From a virus (lineage: Duplodnaviria > Caudoviricetes): a stretch of 24,264 nucleotides of DNA. The stretch's first letter is position 1. Each line of letters opens with the position of its first letter. Both the position numbers and the translations under genes were made by a program. Of this stretch, positions 1 to 8,412 are shown piece by piece. A model generated the notes under the pieces. That model had not been told where the DNA came from and made no database searches. It saw only the letters and a program-made list of their open reading frames with translations. The stretch is from positions 1 to 24,264 of the IMG/VR virus record IMGVR_UViG_3300017759_000079. One strand, written 5' to 3'.

Positions 1-726
1 ATTCTTAACCAAATAAAGATAAGCATTGACTCTTGCAAATGCCCAAGCAGATGCTGATTTGATCTTTGGGCTGTGAGAAGTATTAAACGCTCCGAGCCCT
101 CTTTGAAATACTGACTTTAGTTGTCCAACTGTAACTCCATAACCAAGTTTGCTTTTGTACCTTTTATTAAAATCATCTGCTTTCTTTTTTAAAGTAGCCT
201 CATCCTTTTTTGAAACCTTTGCTCCTCTACTTGTTGAGGCATCTCCCTTTGCAGTACCTTTGCCTTTTGGATTTCTATTAGGTGTATCGCTTTTTGGTGC
301 TTTCGGACTCTTTTTTATCCCACCTCTTTTGCCTACCTCTGCCAAATCGATTTCTTTTAATTTACTTATCGCCCAATTTACTCCTGCTGAGCCTCCCCAT
401 GCATCCCACATCAATCCTCCGCAACCCTCTGTGTAAGGTACATCTTTGTGTTGTTGATGTCTTTTGAATGAAGCCATGCGAGCAATCGTGTCTCGGCTGA
501 GTTTTGCTTTTCTTGCGATTTGGGCTGCTCTTGTCCACCCCACCCTTGTTCCGCATGATGAGCCATTTTTTTCTTTCCACTCAATAGCTCTCTTTGCATT
601 ATTTACAGCTCCTTGTGGGTAATCGTTGTATGTTTCAAATTCGATTCTCTGACCTGCATTGTACCTTTTATCTTTTTTGATTAAGGCATTAATTTTTCCC
701 AATATAAGTTTAGTTCTTTTATCCAT
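1..726 (-). CDS. Multi-module basic phage protein, 3' end runs off the window; probable virion/internal head protein
   Basis: Missing from the ORF track because there is no stop in the window. ATG at 726 follows the amidase stop, and the frame stays open for 242 codons: MDKRTKLILGKINALIKKDKRYNAGQRIEFETYNDYPQGAVNNAKRAIEWKEKNGSSCGTRVGWTRA...MWDAWGGSAGVNWA..., then a K-rich linker, then ...VFQRGLGAFNTSHSPKIKSASAWAFARVNAYLYLVKN. The last motif resembles DUF5824 (RGxxA...WxxARV), from memory. Confidence 0.8.
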   Translation of the reverse strand, partial: MDKRTKLILGKINALIKKDKRYNAGQRIEFETYNDYPQGAVNNAKRAIEWKEKNGSSCGTRVGWTRAAQIARKAKLSRDTIARMASFKRHQQHKDVPYTEGCGGLMWDAWGGSAGVNWAISKLKEIDLAEVGKRGGIKKSPKAPKSDTPNRNPKGKGTAKGDASTSRGAKVSKKDEATLKKKADDFNKRYKSKLGYGVTVGQLKSVFQRGLGAFNTSHSPKIKSASAWAFARVNAYLYLVKN

Positions 727-727
727 T

Positions 728-1165
728 TTAAAATTGGTTGCTGATCCATTCATATTCTTGTTGAGCATCAAAGCATGGGCATGATTTAGAACTGAAATCA
801 TTGTGTCCATAAACATTTGCCTGTGGGTACATTATTTTTAGATAGCACAACATATCATCCAAAGCCTCTTTTTGCTCATCTGTTCTTGTGTCTTTTGCAA
901 CCCAATCTCCATCTGCACCTCTCTCCGCTTCAACTCCTCCAATGTAACAAATTCCGATGCTATCAAAATTATGTCCTTTAGTGTGAGCACCTGTTTGCTC
1001 AATCGGTCTGCCCTCATGCACTTGACCATCCAATCCAATGACAAAATGGTAGCCGATATCTCGCCACCCTCTTTTCAAATGCCACTTACGTATTGTCTCG
1101 ACGCTTACATCTTTTCCCTCTTGTGTTGCAGAGCAATGTATTATTATCTTCCTGATCTTTCGCAT
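728..1165 (-). CDS. Endolysin, N-acetylmuramoyl-L-alanine amidase (Amidase_2, T7 lysozyme-like)
   Basis: Motifs IIIHCSAT, DIGYHFVI, GAH, SIGICYIGG and GHNDF..KSCPCF match the Zn-amidase His/Tyr/His/Lys/Cys pattern. ATG at 1165 preferred over TTG at 1171. Confidence 0.95.
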   Translation of the reverse strand: MRKIRKIIIHCSATQEGKDVSVETIRKWHLKRGWRDIGYHFVIGLDGQVHEGRPIEQTGAHTKGHNFDSIGICYIGGVEAERGADGDWVAKDTRTDEQKEALDDMLCYLKIMYPQANVYGHNDFSSKSCPCFDAQQEYEWISNQF

Positions 1166-1269
1166 GAGCAATTAGTTTTTAAATTCTCCAAAAATCGATT
1201 CCAACCAAAGTGAAATCTACATTTTTTATCCTCCAACCAATCTGCAAATTTTCTTATTAATTTAATCAT
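1144..1269 (-). CDS. Small basic hypothetical protein (41 aa) in the lysis region
   Basis: MIKLIRKFADWLEDKKCRFHFGWNRFLENLKTNCSCERSGR. ATG at 1269 lies just after the upstream stop at 1271-1273; the track start at 1362 overlaps another ORF. Confidence 0.55.
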   Translation of the reverse strand: MIKLIRKFADWLEDKKCRFHFGWNRFLENLKTNCSCERSGR

Positions 1270-1270
1270 T

Positions 1271-1399
1271 TTAACAATTTTGTGAAGCAGAGGTAGTAGA
1301 ACTATACCAATCATAAATGTCTCCCCATCCATTTGAGCCATTGTTGATCTCTCCACATCCAAACCAACTCACATCATATATCTCTGCTGTCGTGTTCAT
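1271..1399 (-). CDS. Small Trp/Gly-rich peptide (42 aa)
   Basis: Hand-translated MNTTAEIYDVSWFGCGEINNGSNGWGDIYDWYSSTTSASQNC. It has an A-rich start context and fills the gap between its neighbours exactly. Confidence 0.65.
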   Translation of the reverse strand: MNTTAEIYDVSWFGCGEINNGSNGWGDIYDWYSSTTSASQNC

Positions 1400-1405
1400 A
1401 TTTTA

Positions 1406-1561
1406 TTATTTATTTTTTTGATTCATTAAGTACCATTTATTTATTGTGTAACCTATTGTTACGACTAACAACAATAATTTTAGCACCATATCAATGTTTG
1501 TCAAGCTTATTGCAAAACTGCTTATATTCAATCCGTATATTTTTAAATCTGTTAAATTCAT
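1406..1561 (-). CDS. Putative holin / small membrane protein (51 aa)
   Basis: MNLTDLKIYGLNISSFAISLTNIDMVLKLLLLVVTIGYTINKWYLMNQKNK: hydrophobic segment(s) and a basic C-terminus. TAATG overlap with the tail fibre stop; lies upstream of the endolysin. Confidence 0.65.
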   Translation of the reverse strand: MNLTDLKIYGLNISSFAISLTNIDMVLKLLLLVVTIGYTINKWYLMNQKNK

Positions 1562-3003
1562 TATTGTAGTGTCGTTGGATTATATCCTGTTTGTTCTTGA
1601 GTTTTAAATATCTTGTATTTAATTCTAAATTCAACATTATAATTCGGTCTTATTGTTTGGGTGTTTAATGTTCTTGCTCTTAACTGAACTGTGTTTCCTG
1701 ACCTTTGAACAGTCGTTAAGAAATTGTTATTGATCTGCACATTTTCATTGCTTCTCATTAAGTAAGCCCATTTTTTTTGTTCTGCACGATATGTTCCTAA
1801 AGTAACAGCAGCAATTTGTCTGTCATAAACTTCTGCTCCTGATCGATTAAAAAAGCCCAACCATGGGTCTGCATCAGGTCCGACAAAGTTCCCCCTTGTG
1901 GTTGGTGTATAAATGTCTTTATTATCAATGACTAAAATCTCATCAACTAAAACAAATGTATTGTCATTCGGTGCTGTTAAAATAGTATAAGTTTTATATT
2001 CTCCGATTGTCTGAACTCCCCACCAACTCGGCTTGATTCTTACCCATTTATACAACCAATCCTCCATCAATTTTCCATCCTGACTAAAACTTGCGGTTGT
2101 TGCTTGGGTAAAGTTAGGTTTGTCAGGGTTCATGCTACTTAAATTTCCACTTCCGTAATCGCTAAATTGTAAGAAATTTTTATTATCCTGAGTTGTGCCT
2201 GTATAAATCCTTTTTGATGTAAGAGCACCATTAAGTCTGTTTCCTATATTTAATTCATTTGACCTTATAGTGCCATTGACTTCAAGTGGGTACTGTGGGT
2301 CATTAAGCCTAATCCCAAGTTTGCTTGTTGATTTATCCATTAAAACGTTTCCGAACAATCTTGTATTGCCCTGAACATCCAACGGCCTCGATGGTGCTCC
2401 TGTAACATTGACTCCAATCGATCCTGTTGCCTTAATTGTTGCACCTTGAATTTGTGATGTAGATGTAATGTTTCCTGAATTTTGATTCAAGTTTCCACTA
2501 ACTTCCATTCCATCAAAAATAGTTACAGGGTTTTGAAAATTAACTTCATCCGAAAACTCAACGACACCTGTTGTGCCACTATTTGTTTTAGCTAATATAT
2601 GGTCAGTCAATAAGTTATTTTGAATCTCGACATTAAGATCGGTTCTGACATCTATTGCCGATGTAAAAGCTCCGTTGTTGTCTGATCTACCGATAAAAAT
2701 CCCTCTTTCAGGGTTGTCTTGGTTGTCTGAGTTTCCGACAAATTTAATAGCACCTCCATTTACATCCCCTTTAATGAATCTCTCTTGATCATTATAAGTA
2801 AACAATAAATCCCCTGCATCGATTTTTACATCCCCACTTGATTCAATTCCATTAGTTGACCTGCCTACACTTAATGCACTATTATTTCCGACTCCATCCT
2901 GTACCACTACTCTGCCACTTACAGGTATGCCCTGAGTGCTATCAGTAGTCTTTAGCAATCCATCATAAGTATTCCTTATTTGCGCTCCTGTTAGTGTACC
3001 CAT
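1561..3003 (-). CDS. Tail fibre / receptor-binding protein (480 aa)
   Basis: G/N/S/T-rich, with N-terminal MGTLTGAQIRNTYDGLLKTTD and repeated IGVN..P...LDVQG / LGIR...P.YPLEVNG units typical of Bacteroidota phage fibres. Distinct C-terminal globular region. Confidence 0.75.
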   Translation of the reverse strand: MGTLTGAQIRNTYDGLLKTTDSTQGIPVSGRVVVQDGVGNNSALSVGRSTNGIESSGDVKIDAGDLLFTYNDQERFIKGDVNGGAIKFVGNSDNQDNPERGIFIGRSDNNGAFTSAIDVRTDLNVEIQNNLLTDHILAKTNSGTTGVVEFSDEVNFQNPVTIFDGMEVSGNLNQNSGNITSTSQIQGATIKATGSIGVNVTGAPSRPLDVQGNTRLFGNVLMDKSTSKLGIRLNDPQYPLEVNGTIRSNELNIGNRLNGALTSKRIYTGTTQDNKNFLQFSDYGSGNLSSMNPDKPNFTQATTASFSQDGKLMEDWLYKWVRIKPSWWGVQTIGEYKTYTILTAPNDNTFVLVDEILVIDNKDIYTPTTRGNFVGPDADPWLGFFNRSGAEVYDRQIAAVTLGTYRAEQKKWAYLMRSNENVQINNNFLTTVQRSGNTVQLRARTLNTQTIRPNYNVEFRIKYKIFKTQEQTGYNPTTLQ

Positions 3004-3165
3004 TTATACTGTATTTTGATGTTTAGTGTTTTCGTCTGATACCAATCCATTTTCGTATTTTTTTAAAAACCTTTTCAAAAGATCAACATTCTTTTTTTTT
3101 GGTTTGCTGTTTCTTGTTTTCTTTGACTTCAAAATCTCGATTCCATTATTTGCAAAATGATTCAT
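3004..3165 (-). CDS. Small Lys-rich hypothetical protein (53 aa)
   Basis: MNHFANNGIEILKSKKTRNSKPKKKNVDLLKRFLKKYENGLVSDENTKHQNTV. ATGA overlap with the upstream gene; its TAA abuts the next ATG. Confidence 0.65.
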   Translation of the reverse strand: MNHFANNGIEILKSKKTRNSKPKKKNVDLLKRFLKKYENGLVSDENTKHQNTV

Positions 3166-3677
3166 AAAACCCAACCTGTAAAATTAGCATCTCTGTCAGG
3201 GTACATGTCTTCATTTTGATTTTGATTGTACTCAGGAAACTGCTCATTGTTAAAATTCATAAAATCAATAAATCTTCTCGTGTAGAATTGAGCAAAATTT
3301 CTGTGCTTGTCAATCAAAGAATCAACCTCCTCCTTTGTAACCGATTCGCTGTTTTCTGAATTGTGTTTGAAAACTCCTCCGTTTGCCACTTGGTAAGCAG
3401 CAAAAGGTAGGTAATCAACCATTGCATAGTGTATCAACATGTCGACAATGTAATTCTTTAGTAAAGACAAATAAGGGTCTTGCAATCCTGTGCCTCCTCC
3501 TGCTCCATCCAAAATGTCTGCAGAGATTTTATCGTACAACTTGCCACCCAAAAAATTCTGAATGTGAATCTGCTGAGCGATTTTGATGAATTGCAAAAAT
3601 TTATTCACATCTACGTTGCCATCAATGAGTGTGTTTGCTTTTAAATCCTTTGCTGTTATGAATAATGCTGTTGCCAT
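3162..3677 (-). CDS. Probable head-tail adaptor/connector (DUF6712-like), 171 aa
   Basis: Directly downstream of the portal. Helical protein with IKIAQQIHIQNFLGGKLYDKI and YTRRFIDFM...FPEY. Confidence 0.65.
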   Translation of the reverse strand: MATALFITAKDLKANTLIDGNVDVNKFLQFIKIAQQIHIQNFLGGKLYDKISADILDGAGGGTGLQDPYLSLLKNYIVDMLIHYAMVDYLPFAAYQVANGGVFKHNSENSESVTKEEVDSLIDKHRNFAQFYTRRFIDFMNFNNEQFPEYNQNQNEDMYPDRDANFTGWVL

Positions 3678-3687
3678 TTGCTATCTT

Positions 3688-5640
3688 TTATTTTTTGCCT
3701 CCACTCCAATTCGGATGATGCCCACCATTAGGCATATCAACAGGTGCCACAATCGATTCTGCTGTGCCTCTTGGGTTTATATTATACGACTTAGGTATTG
3801 ACCTTGTTCTTTGATAATCATTGAAAGCAGGGCTTGTAATCGTCTTGCTTTTTAATCTGTATAAAACTTTTTTCCAAACATGGTGGCAATATGGTCCTCC
3901 CTTATATTTGAATAAATCGTAAGGTTGTGATTTATGACCGAAATTTGAATTGATCCCCTCTCTGCTTGCTTTGTCAATGTCTTCAATTCTGTAAACTGCA
4001 GGATAGCCCCTTGAATCAAATCGACTCATCATTGTAGAACAGAAATCTCTGCTATCGCTTGATGATTGTTTCTTTTGATGATACTTATATCTAATCTTGT
4101 AAAATGATTTATCTAAGTAACTAAATCCCTTTGGTTTTGGCGTTACATATCCTGCGAGCTTTTGAGCTAAGTTCTTTTTTTCATCCAATAAATAATTAGC
4201 CCAAACTTCATCGTCATACTCTTCGCCATCGCACTCAATCTCATCTACAATCTCCCATTCGTCCAAAATCTCTTCATGCTCTAAATTATTGAGTATAGCT
4301 TTTGAGATGTCCTCTGTCAATTCGACCTGCTCCGACAAATCATGCGATTCGCAAGGCATGTACCAAATTTTATCATCCAATTTATGTTCGTGATATCCCT
4401 CACATCCCATCTCTTTAGCTACTGCGATTGCCTCCTCTTTAGTATCAAATGCACTTCGTCCATCTATTTGTTTTGAAGTTAATTTGACTCCTGTTTCCTC
4501 TTCTCTTGTTTCGCTGTCTATTGTAGTATCAATTTCGACAAACTCAAGTGGTTGAAGAGTCTTAAAATAAAGATTTAATGTAACCTCATTAAAGGCAAGT
4601 ATCTTATCAAAAGCATCAAGTAATAATTCTTGAAATGGGCGAATCACAGTATTGTCCATCAATACACTTGCGACCTTTAATTCATCGGCATTGTTTCCGA
4701 GTCCTGTTTGATCCTTGATTCCCAATAACATAGGCGATGTAATTCTATGCCCTAACATTATTTTGCGAGTACTCTCTGAACTTAGAAACTCATACTGCAA
4801 ATGTGCATCACTTAATTGAACTGCATCAATGCTACTTTGTGAATCTGTATTCTCGTTAAAGCTGAGTATAAATTTGCCTGCGTTTGAGCTGCCGCTGTAC
4901 TTCTCGTAAATTCTCCTTTCAATCAATTCTCTCTCCTCTTCATTCGGTACTCCATTGTTGAAGTTGATTAACATGCTTGGGGCAAGCCCATTTTTTATGT
5001 TAGACAAGTGATAGTTTGAAACCTCCTCCTCTAATTCAGCATATTGCAAACTGCCTTGGTAATCTACAGGCGAAAAGTAATAGTGTCCTGCAACGTAAGG
5101 TTTGATGTATAACAATTCGATTGCCTCATTGCTTGTTCCAAAAGCAGGTATTCTTTGAGGTTCATCCTGAGGTTTGATTTTAGCCCAATCGTGAAAATAG
5201 TAATAGCCCTTGACTTCTCCATCATCGTTTGCCTTTTCAATTGCAATTGTCTCAATAGGTAAGTGCTCAATTTGTGCAATCCTTTTTCGATCCTTTGAGT
5301 AAATTATTTGAACTGCACATTGCCCCATTAGTTTGAGATCATACGCTAATTTGCGAGTGCAATCTTTATTGAACAAAGATAATGCCTCTGCATATTCATT
5401 CGGCTTTTTATTGCTGTCTGTTGCATCTAATCCTTTGCCATAAATCATCTGCGAAATTCCATTGATAATCGCATTGTTTGTTGGGCTTCCTGAATATCTG
5501 TCTAAAAGGTAACTAAAGTATTCATTCTTTGTGCCATAGGTAACCCATGTTTTGTCCTTAGTAACCTTGATTTCAGGTGAAGTATAGTTGCTTAGATTTA
5601 CAACATTAATTTTACCCTTTTCTGTACGTCTTCTGCTCAT
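3688..5640 (-). CDS. Portal protein with C-terminal DUF3721-like and MuF/minor-capsid-like extensions (650 aa)
   Basis: Portal-like core (SPTNNAIIN...IYGKG, YYFSPVDY, NIKNGLAPS, SGSSNAGKF, IMLGHRITSPMLLGI, VIRPFQ) followed by about 260 extra aa containing GCEGYHEH...WYMPCESH, SRDFC and GGPYCHHVW. Confidence 0.85.
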   Translation of the reverse strand: MSRRRTEKGKINVVNLSNYTSPEIKVTKDKTWVTYGTKNEYFSYLLDRYSGSPTNNAIINGISQMIYGKGLDATDSNKKPNEYAEALSLFNKDCTRKLAYDLKLMGQCAVQIIYSKDRKRIAQIEHLPIETIAIEKANDDGEVKGYYYFHDWAKIKPQDEPQRIPAFGTSNEAIELLYIKPYVAGHYYFSPVDYQGSLQYAELEEEVSNYHLSNIKNGLAPSMLINFNNGVPNEEERELIERRIYEKYSGSSNAGKFILSFNENTDSQSSIDAVQLSDAHLQYEFLSSESTRKIMLGHRITSPMLLGIKDQTGLGNNADELKVASVLMDNTVIRPFQELLLDAFDKILAFNEVTLNLYFKTLQPLEFVEIDTTIDSETREEETGVKLTSKQIDGRSAFDTKEEAIAVAKEMGCEGYHEHKLDDKIWYMPCESHDLSEQVELTEDISKAILNNLEHEEILDEWEIVDEIECDGEEYDDEVWANYLLDEKKNLAQKLAGYVTPKPKGFSYLDKSFYKIRYKYHQKKQSSSDSRDFCSTMMSRFDSRGYPAVYRIEDIDKASREGINSNFGHKSQPYDLFKYKGGPYCHHVWKKVLYRLKSKTITSPAFNDYQRTRSIPKSYNINPRGTAESIVAPVDMPNGGHHPNWSGGKK

Positions 5641-6041
5641 AATACAATATAGTCATTTGTGCTTGTTTCTTTTTCAATGTAATTTCCTTTATTGATATTG
5701 TAGGATTTTTCATTGACTTGATTGATTTCCTGATCTGTAACAAAGATCTTGTCTTTGTAAACTACCCTTTTTTTGGGTGGTGTTGAAACATCATTATTTG
5801 TTATCCACAAGCTGTAAGTCATTCCCTCCTGCAATCCTACAGGTTCAAAATTGACTTTAATATAATCTCCATAGCTTTGGGTTGTATAGCTTTGATTTGT
5901 GATGTTTTCTCCTGTTATATCATCCACAATATAAGCTGTGTAATCTTCTGCCCATAAACTGCCCTGTGGTGCCGAAATAAAATAAAACTCTTGTTGTCTT
6001 ATTCCTCCGTTACCATCATCGCTTGTTTTTAATAGTATCAT
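5637..6041 (-). CDS. Hypothetical, probably structural, protein (134 aa)
   Basis: Beta-rich ORF with ATGA overlap to the portal; first gene after a late-promoter motif. Confidence 0.7.
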   Translation of the reverse strand: MILLKTSDDGNGGIRQQEFYFISAPQGSLWAEDYTAYIVDDITGENITNQSYTTQSYGDYIKVNFEPVGLQEGMTYSLWITNNDVSTPPKKRVVYKDKIFVTDQEINQVNEKSYNINKGNYIEKETSTNDYIVL

Positions 6042-6045
6042 ATAT

Positions 6046-6072
6046 GTATAACGCTATTTGTATGAATTTTTG
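6046..6072 (-). promoter_or_regulatory. Putative late promoter CAA-N16-CGTTATAC
   Basis: CACAA AAATTCATACAAATAG CGTTATAC ATAT ATG; one of five copies with identical spacing. Confidence 0.75.
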
Positions 6073-6083
6073 TGAAATAATTT

Positions 6084-6115
6084 AAAAAAAAAAGAGCCAC
6101 ATTCTTGTAGCTCCC
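6084..6115 (-). terminator. Intrinsic terminator after the capsid/tail-tube unit
   Basis: GAGCTACA-AGAA-TGTGGCTC stem-loop followed by T10. Confidence 0.85.
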
Positions 6116-6139
6116 TTTCAACTCGACTAAAATCCAATT

Positions 6140-6676
6140 TTAGATATCTGTAATGTCAGATGTAGAAACTGTGATTCCAACTCCTGTAATTCCTCCTGAT
6201 AAGAAATTAGCAGGTTTTTTCTCCATTCCTTGAAGCGTTAAAGTGTAACCGCTGAGGTCTCCCATTGCAGCTCCACTCACAACTGTGCCTCCATTTACGT
6301 CCGCGCCAAACTCACTTCCAACTAAAAAGAAATTGCCATTGTTATCTTCAACCACAACGTGTGGTCTTGCAACTGCAATTACTGCCAATTGGTCGTTTGA
6401 TTCAGGCGATAGCTTTTTTAATGTTAAATTAACTATTTGATCATAAAAAGTAGTGCCATTCTCTCTGCTTGATGTGATGGTTTGTTCTAATGAAGAGTTG
6501 CCTTTCAATACATATTTGTAAGCTGTCGGCGATCCTGCTACTGCTGTAATTTCATCACTTGTAGATGCGTAAGTAATATCTCCTAACGTACCGAAGTCAA
6601 TGAAATAAACAGCCTGCAACCCACCTACGCTATCCTTGCAAGGTTCTGTTCTCCCTTTTGTTATTAAGCATGCCAT
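6140..6676 (-). CDS. Major structural protein, probable tail tube (178 aa)
   Basis: MACLITKGRTEPCKDSVGGLQAVYF...SRENGTTFYDQ...GDLSGYTLTLQGME. Acidic and beta-rich, co-transcribed with the capsid gene. Tail-tube role is inferred. Confidence 0.65.
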   Translation of the reverse strand: MACLITKGRTEPCKDSVGGLQAVYFIDFGTLGDITYASTSDEITAVAGSPTAYKYVLKGNSSLEQTITSSRENGTTFYDQIVNLTLKKLSPESNDQLAVIAVARPHVVVEDNNGNFFLVGSEFGADVNGGTVVSGAAMGDLSGYTLTLQGMEKKPANFLSGGITGVGITVSTSDITDI

Positions 6677-6705
6677 TTGTTATATTTTTTATTTGTTATG
6701 GATTT

Positions 6706-6730
6706 GTGGGTCAGAAAAAATCCAACCCAC
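6706..6730 (-). other. Intergenic 10-bp RNA hairpin without U-tract
   Basis: GTGGGTTGGA-TTTTT-TCTGACCCAC between the capsid stop and the tail-tube start. Confidence 0.6.
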
Positions 6731-6746
6731 TCTCTCCGAATTATTA

Positions 6747-7694
6747 TTAAGCTCCGTAGTAAACAATGTCAGATGCAACACCATACTGCACACCTGCTGT
6801 GTAACGCATAATGAATCTAACATTTTTGCTTCCGTCCAAATCTGCCATGTCCAACACTCGCACCTCATTGTGATCGTTGAGTAATCCTGTGCCGAAAAAT
6901 AGGTTAGATTTTTGAGCAGCTACCATTCTGTTGTCTGCAAGTCCATTTGCAACAACAATAGAAACTCCATCAAAAGAAAGCCCTGCTCCTCCATTGTACC
7001 ACATTGTACCTTGTGCACCGATACCTGAGTTGTTTTCTCCGTTTACGAAACTTCCGAATCCACCCAAAGCACGAACATAAGCACGAGCGATATTTTGAGA
7101 AACATATATTAGCATGTCTTCTTTATTGTATAGTGATGAAGGTATTGCATCAACTACTTTTCCAAGCTCTCCAATTACGTTGCTTGATGTAACTGTTGCA
7201 GGAGTCTCGACATGACCACCTGCTGATGCGAATGCTGCATCTGCAAATAGAGTAGAGAATCCATCAAAAGTTCCTGCTCCTGCTGATCCTGACCAAATAG
7301 ATGTCTCAGTTGCTGATGCTACATCTGCAGAGATTCTTGCGATAAAGAAATCGCTGAATTTTGGAGGTAGCGAGTCGTGTGCTGAAAAGCCCATTGACTC
7401 AGCCTCCCAATCGTCCTGAAATGGAGTCTTGCAAAGCTCTAAGTTCACTTGTAACTCTTTTGGTTCAAGTATTCTTTCAGTTAGATCAACTGATCCTGTG
7501 TCTGTAAATCCGCAAGTTGCATTTGCGATAGCAGAAGTGTAATCAACTTTTTTGATCACTTCTTTTAATTTGATGTTTGGCTTAACTGTGATTAGTTGGT
7601 TAGCCAATGTGTTACCACTTAATAGAGCCGCTCCGATATATTCTCCTGCAAACTGCCCTGCATAAGTAGATGTAATAGATACTGATGTTGCCAT
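6747..7694 (-). CDS. Major capsid protein (315 aa)
   Basis: Size, and position after protease and scaffold. MATSVSITSTYAGQFAG..., LTERILEPKELQVNLELCK and C-terminal VRFIMRYTAGVQYG are consistent with an HK97 fold. Confidence 0.85.
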   Translation of the reverse strand: MATSVSITSTYAGQFAGEYIGAALLSGNTLANQLITVKPNIKLKEVIKKVDYTSAIANATCGFTDTGSVDLTERILEPKELQVNLELCKTPFQDDWEAESMGFSAHDSLPPKFSDFFIARISADVASATETSIWSGSAGAGTFDGFSTLFADAAFASAGGHVETPATVTSSNVIGELGKVVDAIPSSLYNKEDMLIYVSQNIARAYVRALGGFGSFVNGENNSGIGAQGTMWYNGGAGLSFDGVSIVVANGLADNRMVAAQKSNLFFGTGLLNDHNEVRVLDMADLDGSKNVRFIMRYTAGVQYGVASDIVYYGA

Positions 7695-7699
7695 TTTTA

Positions 7700-8362
7700 T
7701 TATTGTTTAATGTTTAAAATTTTGCTCACTATTCTATCGTAAGCGGTTATATTCTTGTTAGTGTTAAATTTGAATTTAGCCTTGAAAGCACTCTCCTCTT
7801 TTGGTGCATGCTTCAATGGTTCTGTTGCAGGTTTTGAAAGCTCTTCTTTCAACTCTTCTTGCTCACTAACCTCTTCGTTAGTAGCATCCGACTCGACTTG
7901 CTCATTCATAACCTCTGCCTCAACCTCTTCTGTCTGCTCACTCATTTTCTCCTCTGTGATAGTCATTTTTTCAATCATTCCCTTGATCTCTTCTAAGGCA
8001 GTATAAAATTCTTCTTTTGAAACGTATTCCATTTTTTCTTCCTTTGGTTCATCCTCCAAATTAGCTTCGACCTCTTCCTCTTGCTGAACTTCCTTTTCAG
8101 CCTCTTCCTTTTCAGCCTCTTCTTGTTCTCCAATCATAGCAATAATGCCATCCTCTTCGACAATTAGTTTTTTGCCATCTTCCATTTTATACTCTCCTTT
8201 GGGTAGAGCGACCTTGTCATCCTCTGTAACAATAAAAACCGACTCTCCTTTTGCAAAGCTATCTGCTTCAACAATAGTTCCGTTGTCTAATTTCATTTGT
8301 TCCAAATTTACTTGCAAGCCCAAAACTTCTTTGACTTTGTTTAGTGTTGTTGTTGCACTCAT
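7700..8362 (-). CDS. Capsid scaffolding protein (220 aa)
   Basis: Very Glu-rich coiled-coil protein just upstream of the capsid gene; N-terminal LDNGT...ALPKGEYKMEDG domain. Confidence 0.75.
   Translation of the reverse strand: MSATTTLNKVKEVLGLQVNLEQMKLDNGTIVEADSFAKGESVFIVTEDDKVALPKGEYKMEDGKKLIVEEDGIIAMIGEQEEAEKEEAEKEVQQEEEVEANLEDEPKEEKMEYVSKEEFYTALEEIKGMIEKMTITEEKMSEQTEEVEAEVMNEQVESDATNEEVSEQEELKEELSKPATEPLKHAPKEESAFKAKFKFNTNKNITAYDRIVSKILNIKQ
8089..8122. repeat. 15-bp tandem duplication in the scaffold gene (EEAEK x2)
   Basis: cttccttttcagcct repeated twice, plus a partial copy. Confidence 0.7.
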
Positions 8363-8377
8363 TTTTCTGATTTATTT

Positions 8378-8404
8378 AATTAACGATTTTAATTTTAAAA
8401 ATTG
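8378..8404 (-). promoter_or_regulatory. Putative late promoter CAA-N16-CGTTAATT (scaffold/capsid unit)
   Basis: CGCAA TTTTTAAAATTAAAAT CGTTAATT, 15 nt upstream of the ATG at 8362. Confidence 0.7.
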
Positions 8405-8412
8405 CGTTTAAG

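Noticed and set aside
149-599. Track ORFs 149..436, 282..467, 362..580 and 411..599
   Set aside because: Antisense or alternative-frame shadows of the longer minus-strand ORF 726 to <1.
3092-3100. A9 run (minus strand) as a second frameshift site
   Set aside because: It encodes PKKK in a small ORF that already ends flush with the next ATG, so no frameshift is needed.
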